Source: Phycisphaerae bacterium
Lineage (GTDB): Bacteria > Planctomycetota > Phycisphaerae > UBA1845
Reading direction: 5' to 3'
Length of the DNA: 64,000 nucleotides
NCBI GenBank assembly: GCA_963666835.2
Contig: CAXXGO010000006.1
Span: 1,376,001-1,440,000 of the forward strand
The notes beneath the pieces are model-generated. The model was not told the DNA's origin. It searched no databases and worked only from the letters and a program-made list of their open reading frames with translations. The position numbers were made by a program, and so were the translations under genes. This document shows positions 49,255 through 58,260 of the stretch, in pieces; positions within the stretch are counted from its first letter, which is position 1; every line of letters begins with the position of its first letter.

Positions 49255-51135
49255 CTAGTGCTTACTCTCAAACGGTATACGAAGGTGGTAGACGCCTCGT
49301 TCGAGGTCGCTTTCGACGGCGAAGCCGCATTTGTGGAAGACGCGGAGCATTCCGTGGTTCTCGGCCAGCACGTCGCCGGTAAAGCCGGCGATGCCGTTGA
49401 TGCGGGCGGCATCCACCAGGGATCTTACCAGAGCCGTTCCGACCCCTCGCCCCTGCCAGTCGTCGCGCACCAGGAAGGCCGCGTCGGCGAAGTTCGTGCG
49501 AAGGTCTTTCCCATAGTGGGCGATGCCGATGATCTCCCCACTGTCAGTGGAATCGGTGAGCATGACCAGGGCCATGTCCGCCGCGTAGTCGACCCGCAGG
49601 AACTCCTGCAGCTTCTCGTGGGGCAGGGCCTTGATCATTCCGAAGAAGCGATGGAGGACCGACTCGGGCGACAGCTTGTAGAACAGGTCGCGCAGAAGAG
49701 ACTCGTCGGTCAGCTTGAGCGGCCTGATGAACGCCTTGGCGGAGGCCTTCAAGGGCACCCACCGCTCCAGATCTTCCGGATAGACCGGGTTTTTCTCCGA
49801 CAGTTCCATCTGATCGGGGTAGACCAGGTTTCGACCCTTGGCCTCGGCCAGCAGCCACGACCGGAACTTGGGGTGAGCGACCTGAATGAGCGCCATCGCT
49901 CGCTCGCGAATGTTCTTTCCATGGAGGTAGGCCGCGCCGTACTCGGTGACTACGTAATGCACATCCCCGCGACTGGTGACCACGCCCGCCCCCTGCTTCA
50001 GGAAGGGGACGATGCGCGAGTACGTATCGCCGGCGGCCGTGGACGGCAGGGCGATGATGGGCTTGCCACCCTTGGATCGGGACGCGCCCCGCACGAAGTC
50101 GACCTGGCCGCCGATGCCGCTGTAGAAGAGCGTTCCGAGTGAGTCGGCGCAGACCTGGCCGGTCAGGTCGACCTCGATTGCGGCGTTAATGGAAATCATC
50201 TTGTCGTTCTGGGCGACGATGAACGGGTCGTTGGTGTACTCGGTGGGGTGAAACTCCACCTGGGGGTTGTTGCTGATGAACTCGTACAGTTTTTTCGACC
50301 CCATCACGAAGCTGGCCACGATCTTGCCGCGGTGGAGGGTCTTCTCCGTGTTGGTGATGACGCCCTGCTCCACCAGGGGGATGATGCCGTCGCTGAACAT
50401 CTCCGTGTGGACGCCGAGGTTCTTGAAGTCGCCCAGATAGTGCAGCACGGCGTCGGGAATCGTACCGATCCCGAGTTGCAGGGTCGCCCCATCCTCGACC
50501 AGATTGGCTATGTGCCGGGCAATCTGCTTGGCCAGGTCATCCGGCTCGCCCTGACGAGCCTCGAAGAGCGGCTCGTCGCTGGGTACCAGCATGTCGATGT
50601 CGCGAACATGAATGAAGCAGTCGCCGAGGGTCCGGGGCGCCTGACTGTTGACCTCTGCGATAACCACCCGGGCCGACTCGGCTGCGGATTTGACGATGTC
50701 TGTCGACACGCCATAGCTGCAGTATCCATGCGAATCGGGTGTACTGACCTGAATAAGGGCCACATCGATCACCACGCGCCCGGATCGAAAGAGGGCGGGA
50801 ATCTCGCTCAGGAAGATTGGGGTGTAATCTGCCCGCCCCTGGGCGACCGCGTCGCGCACGTTCGGGCCGATGAAATAGGCATTATGGCGGAACCGGTTGC
50901 CGAAGCGCGGTTCAGCATAGGTGGCCACCCCCAGGGTGAGGATGTGGACGATCTCGGTATCGCTGAGATCCTCCCGAGCGGACAACGCCGCGACCAGACT
51001 CTGCGGCTCACCGGCTCCGGAACCCACGAAGACCCGCTGTCCGTGTCGTACGGAAGCTACTGCCTGATCGGCAGTTACGATTTTCTCGGCGTACTGGTCC
51101 TGCCACGCTGGCGATTCCGTAAAGGTCCCGCTCAT
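49255..51135 (-). CDS. Acetyl-CoA hydrolase / 4-hydroxybutyrate CoA-transferase family protein fused to C-terminal GNAT domain
   Basis: GATLQLGIGTIP, GVHTEMFSDG, SGIGGQVDF.RGA, VVTEYG; C-terminal FIRPL...RFF...VRDDWQGRGVGT...VLAEN.GML.VF. Confidence 0.92.
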   Translation of the reverse strand: MSGTFTESPAWQDQYAEKIVTADQAVASVRHGQRVFVGSGAGEPQSLVAALSAREDLSDTEIVHILTLGVATYAEPRFGNRFRHNAYFIGPNVRDAVAQGRADYTPIFLSEIPALFRSGRVVIDVALIQVSTPDSHGYCSYGVSTDIVKSAAESARVVIAEVNSQAPRTLGDCFIHVRDIDMLVPSDEPLFEARQGEPDDLAKQIARHIANLVEDGATLQLGIGTIPDAVLHYLGDFKNLGVHTEMFSDGIIPLVEQGVITNTEKTLHRGKIVASFVMGSKKLYEFISNNPQVEFHPTEYTNDPFIVAQNDKMISINAAIEVDLTGQVCADSLGTLFYSGIGGQVDFVRGASRSKGGKPIIALPSTAAGDTYSRIVPFLKQGAGVVTSRGDVHYVVTEYGAAYLHGKNIRERAMALIQVAHPKFRSWLLAEAKGRNLVYPDQMELSEKNPVYPEDLERWVPLKASAKAFIRPLKLTDESLLRDLFYKLSPESVLHRFFGMIKALPHEKLQEFLRVDYAADMALVMLTDSTDSGEIIGIAHYGKDLRTNFADAAFLVRDDWQGRGVGTALVRSLVDAARINGIAGFTGDVLAENHGMLRVFHKCGFAVESDLERGVYHLRIPFESKH

Positions 51136-51582
51136 CCTCTGCTCCCCATGCGATATCAAGCCATGGCGAATGCGGTTGCGCGCCGCGCGCCACCGCCTTC
51201 TTACCCTACCCCGGGAGATTAAGCGGCAATCTTCATGCCGGACTGAGATTGGCTAGCCGTAATGGCTTGTTCGAATTCGGAGACCGTTAGGAGCTGCGGC
51301 ATGGAAAACAAGCCTGTAAAAAGCGGGGAAAGCCCTTAGCGGATGGGTGTGAATCCGGGACAGGCGCACTTGCCGTGGGTTGGGCGGGCGTTATGATGGC
51401 TTCGCAGGCTCCGGCGTGAGGCCGTCGCGGAACAAGTGACCGGCTCGGACGCCGGGCGCGTGGGCACCCACGCTGGTGGCGGTCGGTGCCGATGGGGGAG
51501 GTCCAACCCTCATCCACAACTCTGAAAAGTGATTAGTGTTTTGCGGTCCGCGACCCAGTGAAGGAGAAAGGGAGTATAACCC

Positions 51583-52953
51583 ATGATCAAATTCGGACCC
51601 GGCAACCTGCGGATCCCCCGGTTTGAGAAGCCGGTCTATCTGGTCGCAGGGGGTCTTACCGACTTCAGGAAGAAGTACCCGGAGAAGAACACTTCCGAGC
51701 TTTGCACGGAAGCTCTCCGGATGGCGGTCGAGGAGAATGACCTGAAGGTCTCCGCGGAGGAGTTTCGCCGCAAAGTGAACTGGTGCGTGTATTCCCAGTT
51801 CGCGGACCACTTCGGGGATCAGCTTCTGGCCGCCTCTAAGATCCATGACTATCTAGGATTCGACCCACTCGGCAACATCGAGGTCAAAACCGGCGGCGCG
51901 ACCGGCGGTTCTTCCGTGCTGGCGGCCGCGCAAGCGGTGGCCTCGGGCTACGCGGACTGCGTACCGGTCGTCGGCTGGGAGCGCATGGACGATGTCAGCA
52001 CGAAGGTCGGTAACTCGTACATCGCGAGTGCCGCGTGCAAGGATTTCGAGTCTGAGCTGGGCTGGATGTACGCGGCGTATTACGCGTTGATGGCTCAGCG
52101 GTATCAGTACGAGAACCAGGTGCCGCACGAGACGCTCGCCAAGATCGCCTGCAAGAACCGAGAGTACGCCGTGTATTCACCCTTCTCGCAGAGCCCGGGC
52201 AAGTACACCGTAGAAGACGTGTTGAAGAACGAGGTTGTGTCCGACCCGCTCACGTTCCTCGAGTGCTGCGTGATGAGTGTCGGATCAGCGGTTCTGATCC
52301 TCGCGGACGAGAAGACCGCATATGAGCTGACCGATACCCCGATTCGGCTTAAGGCGATCTGCGGTGGCTCGCACACATTGCGGACGGCCGACCGGCGAAA
52401 CATGCCGATCCTTCTGCTGCCCAATGAGACGGAAGAGACCTACAAGAACTACTTCAACGAGCGCTGCACTGAATGGCCGGGCTTCAGTTCGTTCTTGGCC
52501 GCCCGCATGGCGGCTTACCTGGCGTACAACATGGCCGGGATCAAGGACCCGGTAGAGGATTTCGACCTGCTGGAGACGCACGACGCGTTCACGATTAGTG
52601 ACATTCAGACATACGAGGATATCGGGCTGCGTCCTTACGGTCGCGGTCGCGAGTTCATTGAGTCGGGTGACGCGTACTTCGAGGGCAGGCTCCCGACCAA
52701 CCTATCGGGCGGTCTGATCGGCTCCATGCACGCGGTGGGTGCCACCGGGATTTTCCAGATCATCGAGGTGCTCTGGCAACTGCAGGGCAAGTGGGACAAG
52801 TTCCACGCAGACCCGGAGATGTGGACCCGGTTCGGCAAGAAGAAGCCCGCCGAGTTCCGCAGTTTGCAGGTGAAAGGCCCGAAGCGCGGCTGTGCAATCA
52901 GCCATGCCGGAACCGGTAGTCACGTAACGTGCTCGATTCTGGAGAAACCGTAG
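51583..52953 (+). CDS. Thiolase-family protein (archaeal/SCP-x-like type)
   Basis: GGGAG RBS; G.E.M, KN..YA, ETHDAFT, NLSGGLIGSMHAVGATG; paired with DUF35 gene. Confidence 0.9.
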   Translation: MIKFGPGNLRIPRFEKPVYLVAGGLTDFRKKYPEKNTSELCTEALRMAVEENDLKVSAEEFRRKVNWCVYSQFADHFGDQLLAASKIHDYLGFDPLGNIEVKTGGATGGSSVLAAAQAVASGYADCVPVVGWERMDDVSTKVGNSYIASAACKDFESELGWMYAAYYALMAQRYQYENQVPHETLAKIACKNREYAVYSPFSQSPGKYTVEDVLKNEVVSDPLTFLECCVMSVGSAVLILADEKTAYELTDTPIRLKAICGGSHTLRTADRRNMPILLLPNETEETYKNYFNERCTEWPGFSSFLAARMAAYLAYNMAGIKDPVEDFDLLETHDAFTISDIQTYEDIGLRPYGRGREFIESGDAYFEGRLPTNLSGGLIGSMHAVGATGIFQIIEVLWQLQGKWDKFHADPEMWTRFGKKKPAEFRSLQVKGPKRGCAISHAGTGSHVTCSILEKP

Positions 52954-53082
52954 GAACGGAATTCCGGACGCCCGACGGCGGGCAGGCCGGACGTCGGTCC
53001 GGCTGACACTTCGGTGTCATTCACAAGTGGAGTTTTCGCCGTCTGTCGTTCATGATTCGCTATTCATCGAGAGGTCAATACT

Positions 53083-53556
53083 ATGGCAATTGAATGGCCC
53101 ACCACAGCATGCGAAGTGCTGAACGATGATCCGTTGATCATCAAGAATGCCAAGACGTGGCATCACTCCCACAGCTACGGCGGCTGGGGGAAGTTCTTCA
53201 AGGGGCTGCGCGAGAAGAAGCTTTTCGCCACGCGCTGCACCAATCCTGAGTGTGAGGAAAACCGGCTGTGGCTGCCGCCCCGTTGCGAATGTGTCGATTG
53301 CTGGCACAAGACCGAATGGGTCGAAGCTCCCCAGCAGGGGCGGATATACACCTTCTCCACGGTGACGTACCCGGGCGAGCTATTCAAGCTCCCGGCCGGC
53401 ACGCCGCTGATCAGCATCGAGATCGAAGGGGTCTGCACCAAGCTGATGAGTTGGTTGAAGGAAGGCAAGCCCGAATTCGGAATGCCGGTGAAGGCCGTGT
53501 TCAACACTGCTAATCCGACGAACACGATCCTGGACCTGGCTTGGGTGCCGGCTTAA
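53083..53556 (+). CDS. Zn-ribbon/OB-fold protein (DUF35/ChsH2-like), thiolase partner
   Basis: FFKGLREKKL.ATRC...C......PPR..C..C, G.IYTFS, GMPVKAVF. Confidence 0.9.
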   Translation: MAIEWPTTACEVLNDDPLIIKNAKTWHHSHSYGGWGKFFKGLREKKLFATRCTNPECEENRLWLPPRCECVDCWHKTEWVEAPQQGRIYTFSTVTYPGELFKLPAGTPLISIEIEGVCTKLMSWLKEGKPEFGMPVKAVFNTANPTNTILDLAWVPA

Positions 53557-53593
53557 CGTCACCCTAAACGAATTGTGACGCAGGTAGCAGTTG

Positions 53594-53631
53594 ACGCCGC
53601 CCGGCAAGGGACCCTTGCCGGGCGGTGTTTT
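53594..53631 (+). terminator. Intrinsic terminator after thiolase-DUF35 operon
   Basis: Long GC stem ACGCCGCCCGGCAAGG / CCTTGCCGGGCGGTGT followed by T-rich run; between convergent genes. Confidence 0.75.
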
Positions 53632-53693
53632 GTTGACGTGATAGCTGATCCTGACGCCATCGCGTCCGGCCTTGCCTGCTTGATCCTCGTGTG

Positions 53694-54347
53694 TCAGAAT
53701 CGCTCGTTTCCGAATTCGGCACAGTACGGTTTTTGGCGTATCTGTGCGGACGTGCGGTTCAAAGCGTGAAGTACGTATCCTGGAAGCACGACCCTCCACG
53801 GGCCATCGCCACATAGGCCGAACTTGGGCAGCAATCTCGATTGTTGACCAGCCATCGGGTAGATGGCTGCGATGGTATGCCGGTCGACCTCAGGCAGTTC
53901 TGCCGCTTCGATCTTCAGCAACTCAATACTCACTTGGCGGTAACCGTCGAGGACAAACCCCACACAGCTATATCGGCGATACCTGCGCACCCGAGTGTTT
54001 GGATCCACCTCATCTTTCCAAGGCGGATCGACAACATATTGGCGCGTCCTTTCGGCTCCAGCAGTGTGATACTCGTCAGCGACCTCCGCGATCCATGCCG
54101 ATAGTTCCTTGATCTCATCACTGGTCAGCGGAACATGTCCTGCTACATGCACCTTCATTGCCTCTCCACGCCCGAGTGGCGGCCGCATGTGAACGGCGTA
54201 TACATCGTCCTCTGCTTCGGCAGAGCATCTATCTGCGTCGTGCAAACCAACGTGCGCTATCAGGCGACGTTCCTTGTCGGCATACATTCCGATTACATCG
54301 TACCTGGATAGGGTATGCGGCCCGCGGGCAAGATCAAGAATGGGCAT
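53694..54347 (-). CDS. Hypothetical protein, predicted permuted papain-like NlpC/P60 (YiiX/LRAT-type) cysteine enzyme
   Basis: GGAG RBS before ATG 54347; YDVI...HVGL...VH...QY...RYSCVGFVLDGY...I.L...VLPGY with His before Cys. Confidence 0.6.
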   Translation of the reverse strand: MPILDLARGPHTLSRYDVIGMYADKERRLIAHVGLHDADRCSAEAEDDVYAVHMRPPLGRGEAMKVHVAGHVPLTSDEIKELSAWIAEVADEYHTAGAERTRQYVVDPPWKDEVDPNTRVRRYRRYSCVGFVLDGYRQVSIELLKIEAAELPEVDRHTIAAIYPMAGQQSRLLPKFGLCGDGPWRVVLPGYVLHALNRTSAQIRQKPYCAEFGNERF

Positions 54348-54370
54348 TTGGCACTCCGGAATGCATAGAC

Positions 54371-55432
54371 TCAATCCGCCCCAAGCACATCAATCGCGCG
54401 GTTAAGCAAGGCGCGAGGTGCATCCGGAACCACAGCAGTTCGATTTGCCCAGACCTCTCGCAGTTCACACAGCTTGCGACGCAGCCGCCGCACGAACCAC
54501 GCGGCGCCCAGATCCCGGGCAATACTCACTACACGGCATGTTTCGCTACTTGCCATCGCGGCCAGGGCGTAGATGGCAAGGTGCGCCATGGCGGCGCTCT
54601 GGCTTACTGTAATGGCGTACCGATTCAGTAGGGACTCCGCGATCTGGGCAACTTCCTCTGCAAGATCCGCGTGCCGGTCCACATCCATCGGGGGCTGCGC
54701 TTCAAAGATGCGACCAAGCATCTTGACGGTCACGAGACTCGTCTCGACGGAATGACCCGGTTGCAGTAACGGGTGCAGAGAGTCGGCATCATCCGGGGCT
54801 AACATCGAGGCACCCGTGCGAATCGCAGCCAACACGACTGCCTCGTCGTGAGGGTCAGTGCTATCACGATACCGTTTCGCAAAGTTCAAGAACCAGGGCG
54901 CGAGTCGGCTGCTATCGTTAACGGTGAAGCTTGTGTCCTCAGCGAGCAGGATCATCTTACGCAATCGAGGCAGGTCTGATTGGGCATCCGCCTGGAGGAT
55001 CTCCGCAGCAAGTACCGCCGGAGCCCATAACGAGATGTCATCCGCATTGGTTTCGCTGTCCCGACCATGCAAAGGCCTCTCAACTGCGGCGGACTCCGCC
55101 AACACCATACCGGCAGCGGTCCTCTCGTCCCAACAACTGCCACGGTTCGACCTCCCGCATTGCTGCATCAATGCTACTATATCCGAAAGGCTGAATGCTC
55201 GGCTCGCCCCGTAAGATGGCGCGTCAATCCCGTCTGACTGGATGTCCCCGCCACGCTTCCGGATTCCACTTACTGCTCCCCACTCGCCTTCGACATGCAA
55301 TTGGTCTTGTGCAGGACTACAGAATCTATAGGGACCATACCCGTACTGCCAATCTGGCCCATCTGAAACCCGACGGCCTTCTAGTTCCGTTGATGGTGTT
55401 TGTCCCTTTTGACCTTCGATTGCATCAGACAT
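54371..55432 (-). CDS. Hypothetical protein, low-complexity N-terminus and alpha-helical C-terminal domain
   Basis: 353-aa ORF overlapping upstream stop (ATGTCTGA); Leu/Ala-rich amphipathic helices. Confidence 0.65.
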   Translation of the reverse strand: MSDAIEGQKGQTPSTELEGRRVSDGPDWQYGYGPYRFCSPAQDQLHVEGEWGAVSGIRKRGGDIQSDGIDAPSYGASRAFSLSDIVALMQQCGRSNRGSCWDERTAAGMVLAESAAVERPLHGRDSETNADDISLWAPAVLAAEILQADAQSDLPRLRKMILLAEDTSFTVNDSSRLAPWFLNFAKRYRDSTDPHDEAVVLAAIRTGASMLAPDDADSLHPLLQPGHSVETSLVTVKMLGRIFEAQPPMDVDRHADLAEEVAQIAESLLNRYAITVSQSAAMAHLAIYALAAMASSETCRVVSIARDLGAAWFVRRLRRKLCELREVWANRTAVVPDAPRALLNRAIDVLGAD

Positions 55433-56150
55433 CGCTCGGTCCCTTCTGCATACCGCGAGTCAGCGGAAGATTGGGGACACGCCCAGGCAGCCAAGTCTCT
55501 ATGGATTGACCGAGAACGTCGAGTTTGCCTTTTGCCTTCTTGGCCTTCTCTGCAACTTCTACCACCTGCTCGTATGTCAGCTCTGCTTCGAAGGACTTTG
55601 GCAATCCGTCCTCACCAGTGGCGATGATATGCAGACGCGTGTACGGCATCATCCCCTCAAGCTTCTCTCGATTCCGATCGAAGATCGGTCTTAAGTCGCA
55701 GATCAACTCGACCGTCTCAAGTTGCTGCCCGGTCGTTTTCGCCAGACGCTCGGCCTTGCGATAACGAACCAGAGCAGGGTAGGGTTGGATCAATTCACCC
55801 AAAGCTTGCGTCAACCGGGTGAGTGTGTCCTCGTCGCAGGGCGGATGCTCCTCGTCAATGGCCTGCTTCAAGTCTCCGATGATACGCTCCACGTCTGAAG
55901 GCATAAGGTTTCGGATTGCTCTTCCCACCGCGTCCGCCGACTTACGGTCTTGGATGACCTCGTGGATCGATGTGAGCAGACTTCTGAGATCTAGAAACCT
56001 ATCGGCTTTGGCCAAATGCTTCCGAATCCCTTGGATCTCTTCGTCCGATAAGCTAGCGATGGTCTTTAGGTCGTCCACCATGCCCGGGATGGAGCTTGGG
56101 CGCTCAAGGAACGGCGAGTAACCTCGGATGAACATGACTGGCTCTGGCAT
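55425..56150 (-). CDS. Hypothetical protein, COMMD-like architecture (helical N-domain + COMM-like C-domain)
   Basis: GGGGA upstream of ATG; helical first ~140 aa, then LETVELICDLRPIF / YTRLHII / SFEAEL strands and final helix TYEQVVEVAEKAKKAKGKLDVL. Confidence 0.6.
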   Translation of the reverse strand: MPEPVMFIRGYSPFLERPSSIPGMVDDLKTIASLSDEEIQGIRKHLAKADRFLDLRSLLTSIHEVIQDRKSADAVGRAIRNLMPSDVERIIGDLKQAIDEEHPPCDEDTLTRLTQALGELIQPYPALVRYRKAERLAKTTGQQLETVELICDLRPIFDRNREKLEGMMPYTRLHIIATGEDGLPKSFEAELTYEQVVEVAEKAKKAKGKLDVLGQSIETWLPGRVPNLPLTRGMQKGPSDV

Positions 56151-56457
56151 GATCTTCTATCCCCGGTTTTCGCCCTCGAAGCGGGCTCTTACCTTGTGTC
56201 CGATTGTGCAACGCTGTGAAATCTAAGTAATTCCGCCACATCACTCCGCCGAATACTAGGCCGCGTCGGACTTTTGGCAACCCCTCTGAATCATCCGACA
56301 GCGACGGTGTACATCGCAACAACAAACGACACAGATAGACGCCTGGGTCTGCGATCACCAAGAGGACCGCGGGAGCGTTGGCAGAAGCGAAGGCAACCGC
56401 ATTGCGCAACGGGCGTCTGATTTAGCTGATAGGCGTCGCGGCGTTCTCCTTTCTCGC

Positions 56458-57276
56458 CTACTTACCGCCGGCGCACATGGGGCGGAGGGCTTCGAACAGG
56501 CGGCGGCTTTCGCGGCAGGCGCAGTCGCACGGGTCACACACGAAGAACGCTCTATCGCCCCGGCCGCGGGTACGCCGAAGAAGCCGGCCGATCCTCCGTA
56601 CGCACTCTTCGGTTTCATCGGTGGCTTGGCTTGCGGCGGTGTTCACGATTACGACGTCGCTTTCGAGTAGTCCGTGGTACGGTTGTTGGAGCTGGACGCG
56701 TGTCGCCAGCTCGTCACCGAGCGGAGAACAGAGGAACGCCTTCATTTGCGATCGGGTGAGCATGTCACGCTGCTCGGGAGGTTGCGGCTCGTCCATCGTC
56801 GTGCCGGCGTCGAGCCCGAACATCTCCGAAGCGAACGCATGCGTGTCGTCCAGAATCCGCTCAAACTCGGTCGCCGCACGCACCGGGTCCCGGAACACGA
56901 CATCCAGTCTCGTCGGGGTCGGCATGACGAAGACCCGGTAGTCGTAGGGGTAGGCGTAGCGTAGGGCCGCGTCGGCGTCCGCCTCTACGGCCACAGACCC
57001 GAAACGGTCGACGCGATGTATGGCGGTCAGCGCGTCCGGCAGGACTTCGAAGACGTGATCCGCGTCGTAGTCGATCCACCGAGCGCTGGCGATACCCCAC
57101 TTTCGCGGAGAGCTGGCCCCCTTGGTCGGCGGGAATTTGTCGCCCCCTTTTCTGACCAGGCGGATGTAGTGTGGACGATGCGCCCACAGCCGATCGACCA
57201 TTGTCCGGATGACGGCGCTCTTTCCCGAGCGTCTAGGACCACTGACAAACGTTACACCCAAACCCATATTCGCCAC
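56458..57276 (-). CDS. Hypothetical P-loop NTPase-like protein
   Basis: N-terminal VTFVSGPRRSGKS Walker A-like motif; later VAVEAD and SDVVIVN strands. Confidence 0.6.
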   Translation of the reverse strand: MANMGLGVTFVSGPRRSGKSAVIRTMVDRLWAHRPHYIRLVRKGGDKFPPTKGASSPRKWGIASARWIDYDADHVFEVLPDALTAIHRVDRFGSVAVEADADAALRYAYPYDYRVFVMPTPTRLDVVFRDPVRAATEFERILDDTHAFASEMFGLDAGTTMDEPQPPEQRDMLTRSQMKAFLCSPLGDELATRVQLQQPYHGLLESDVVIVNTAASQATDETEECVRRIGRLLRRTRGRGDRAFFVCDPCDCACRESRRLFEALRPMCAGGK

Positions 57277-57557
57277 GCACTCCGCATTCCGTACGAACGT
57301 ACACCGCCGATTCTAAATCATAGGCGCCGAATCGGCCCCGAGCCACGCCGGTACGGGCAATGTTCCCGGACTCGCGGCACGATCATGTCACAACGGACGT
57401 GAAAGCTGTTATCCCGCAGAGTTATCGGAATGCCAGTTACTGTCCGGGTTGCGTTCATAGGGGAAAGTGCTCGACTCAGGACGCCGGCCGAATCGTTACC
57501 GGGGTGAGCCGTCCGGTTGTTTACCGATGCCGGGATGGCGGGCCTGCTCCCGGCAGT

Positions 57558-58178
57558 TCATGAGCCGGACGCTGCGAATCCTGCGGGCTGGTCTGCTTCC
57601 GACTTTGCTCGCCGCAGGGCGAGGATCAACTCGACCTCGCCGGTGGTGCGTTCGGCCTCGCGAGCGATATCCGCAATCGGCAATCCGCCGTCTGCCAGGC
57701 GATAGACGAGGGCATGTCGCTCGTCCGGCACCTCTTCCGTCGGGGGCGAGGCTGCTCCGTCGTCCTCGCTTACGGTTACGTCCAGCGCATCTCCGGTGCC
57801 GACGGTCCGAGCCAGGCGAGAGAGCTTCTCGATCCGCTCGTCGGCGTCCCGGATCACCGTCTCCAACTTGGCGAACCGCGTGTCGATTCGCCCATGAATC
57901 TGCCGGGCGAGCTGGTCCAATTCCAACATCACCCGCTCGACATCATGTCTGACGGCGGACTCTCTTTGCAGGTCGGCATACATCTCGCGTGCGGAGGTCC
58001 GCGGAGCCGTTCGGCGGACGCGCAGCCGGCGATACGTGGAGATCATTAGTATAGTCAGCCCTCCGACGGCGAGAGCCAGCATGATGAGCTGGGAAGTGCT
58101 CACCGGATTCGCCCCGAAGGATGCCGCCAAACCGGCAGAGGCCGCGTTAGAACTGGTCAACGGTATCGTGACGTCCAT
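57558..58178 (-). CDS. Membrane-anchored coiled-coil protein with C-terminal HTH-like motif
   Basis: One TM helix, coiled coil, tail VYRLADGGLPIADIAREAERTTGEVELILAL. Confidence 0.7.
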   Translation of the reverse strand: MDVTIPLTSSNAASAGLAASFGANPVSTSQLIMLALAVGGLTILMISTYRRLRVRRTAPRTSAREMYADLQRESAVRHDVERVMLELDQLARQIHGRIDTRFAKLETVIRDADERIEKLSRLARTVGTGDALDVTVSEDDGAASPPTEEVPDERHALVYRLADGGLPIADIAREAERTTGEVELILALRRAKSEADQPAGFAASGS

Positions 58179-58260
58179 GCCACACCTTCCGGTTCCTTCA
58201 ATGCCCGGGTCACATCCTCCGGCGACCCGTTTGATTGGCCGTTACTCGTACGTCCGCTTG

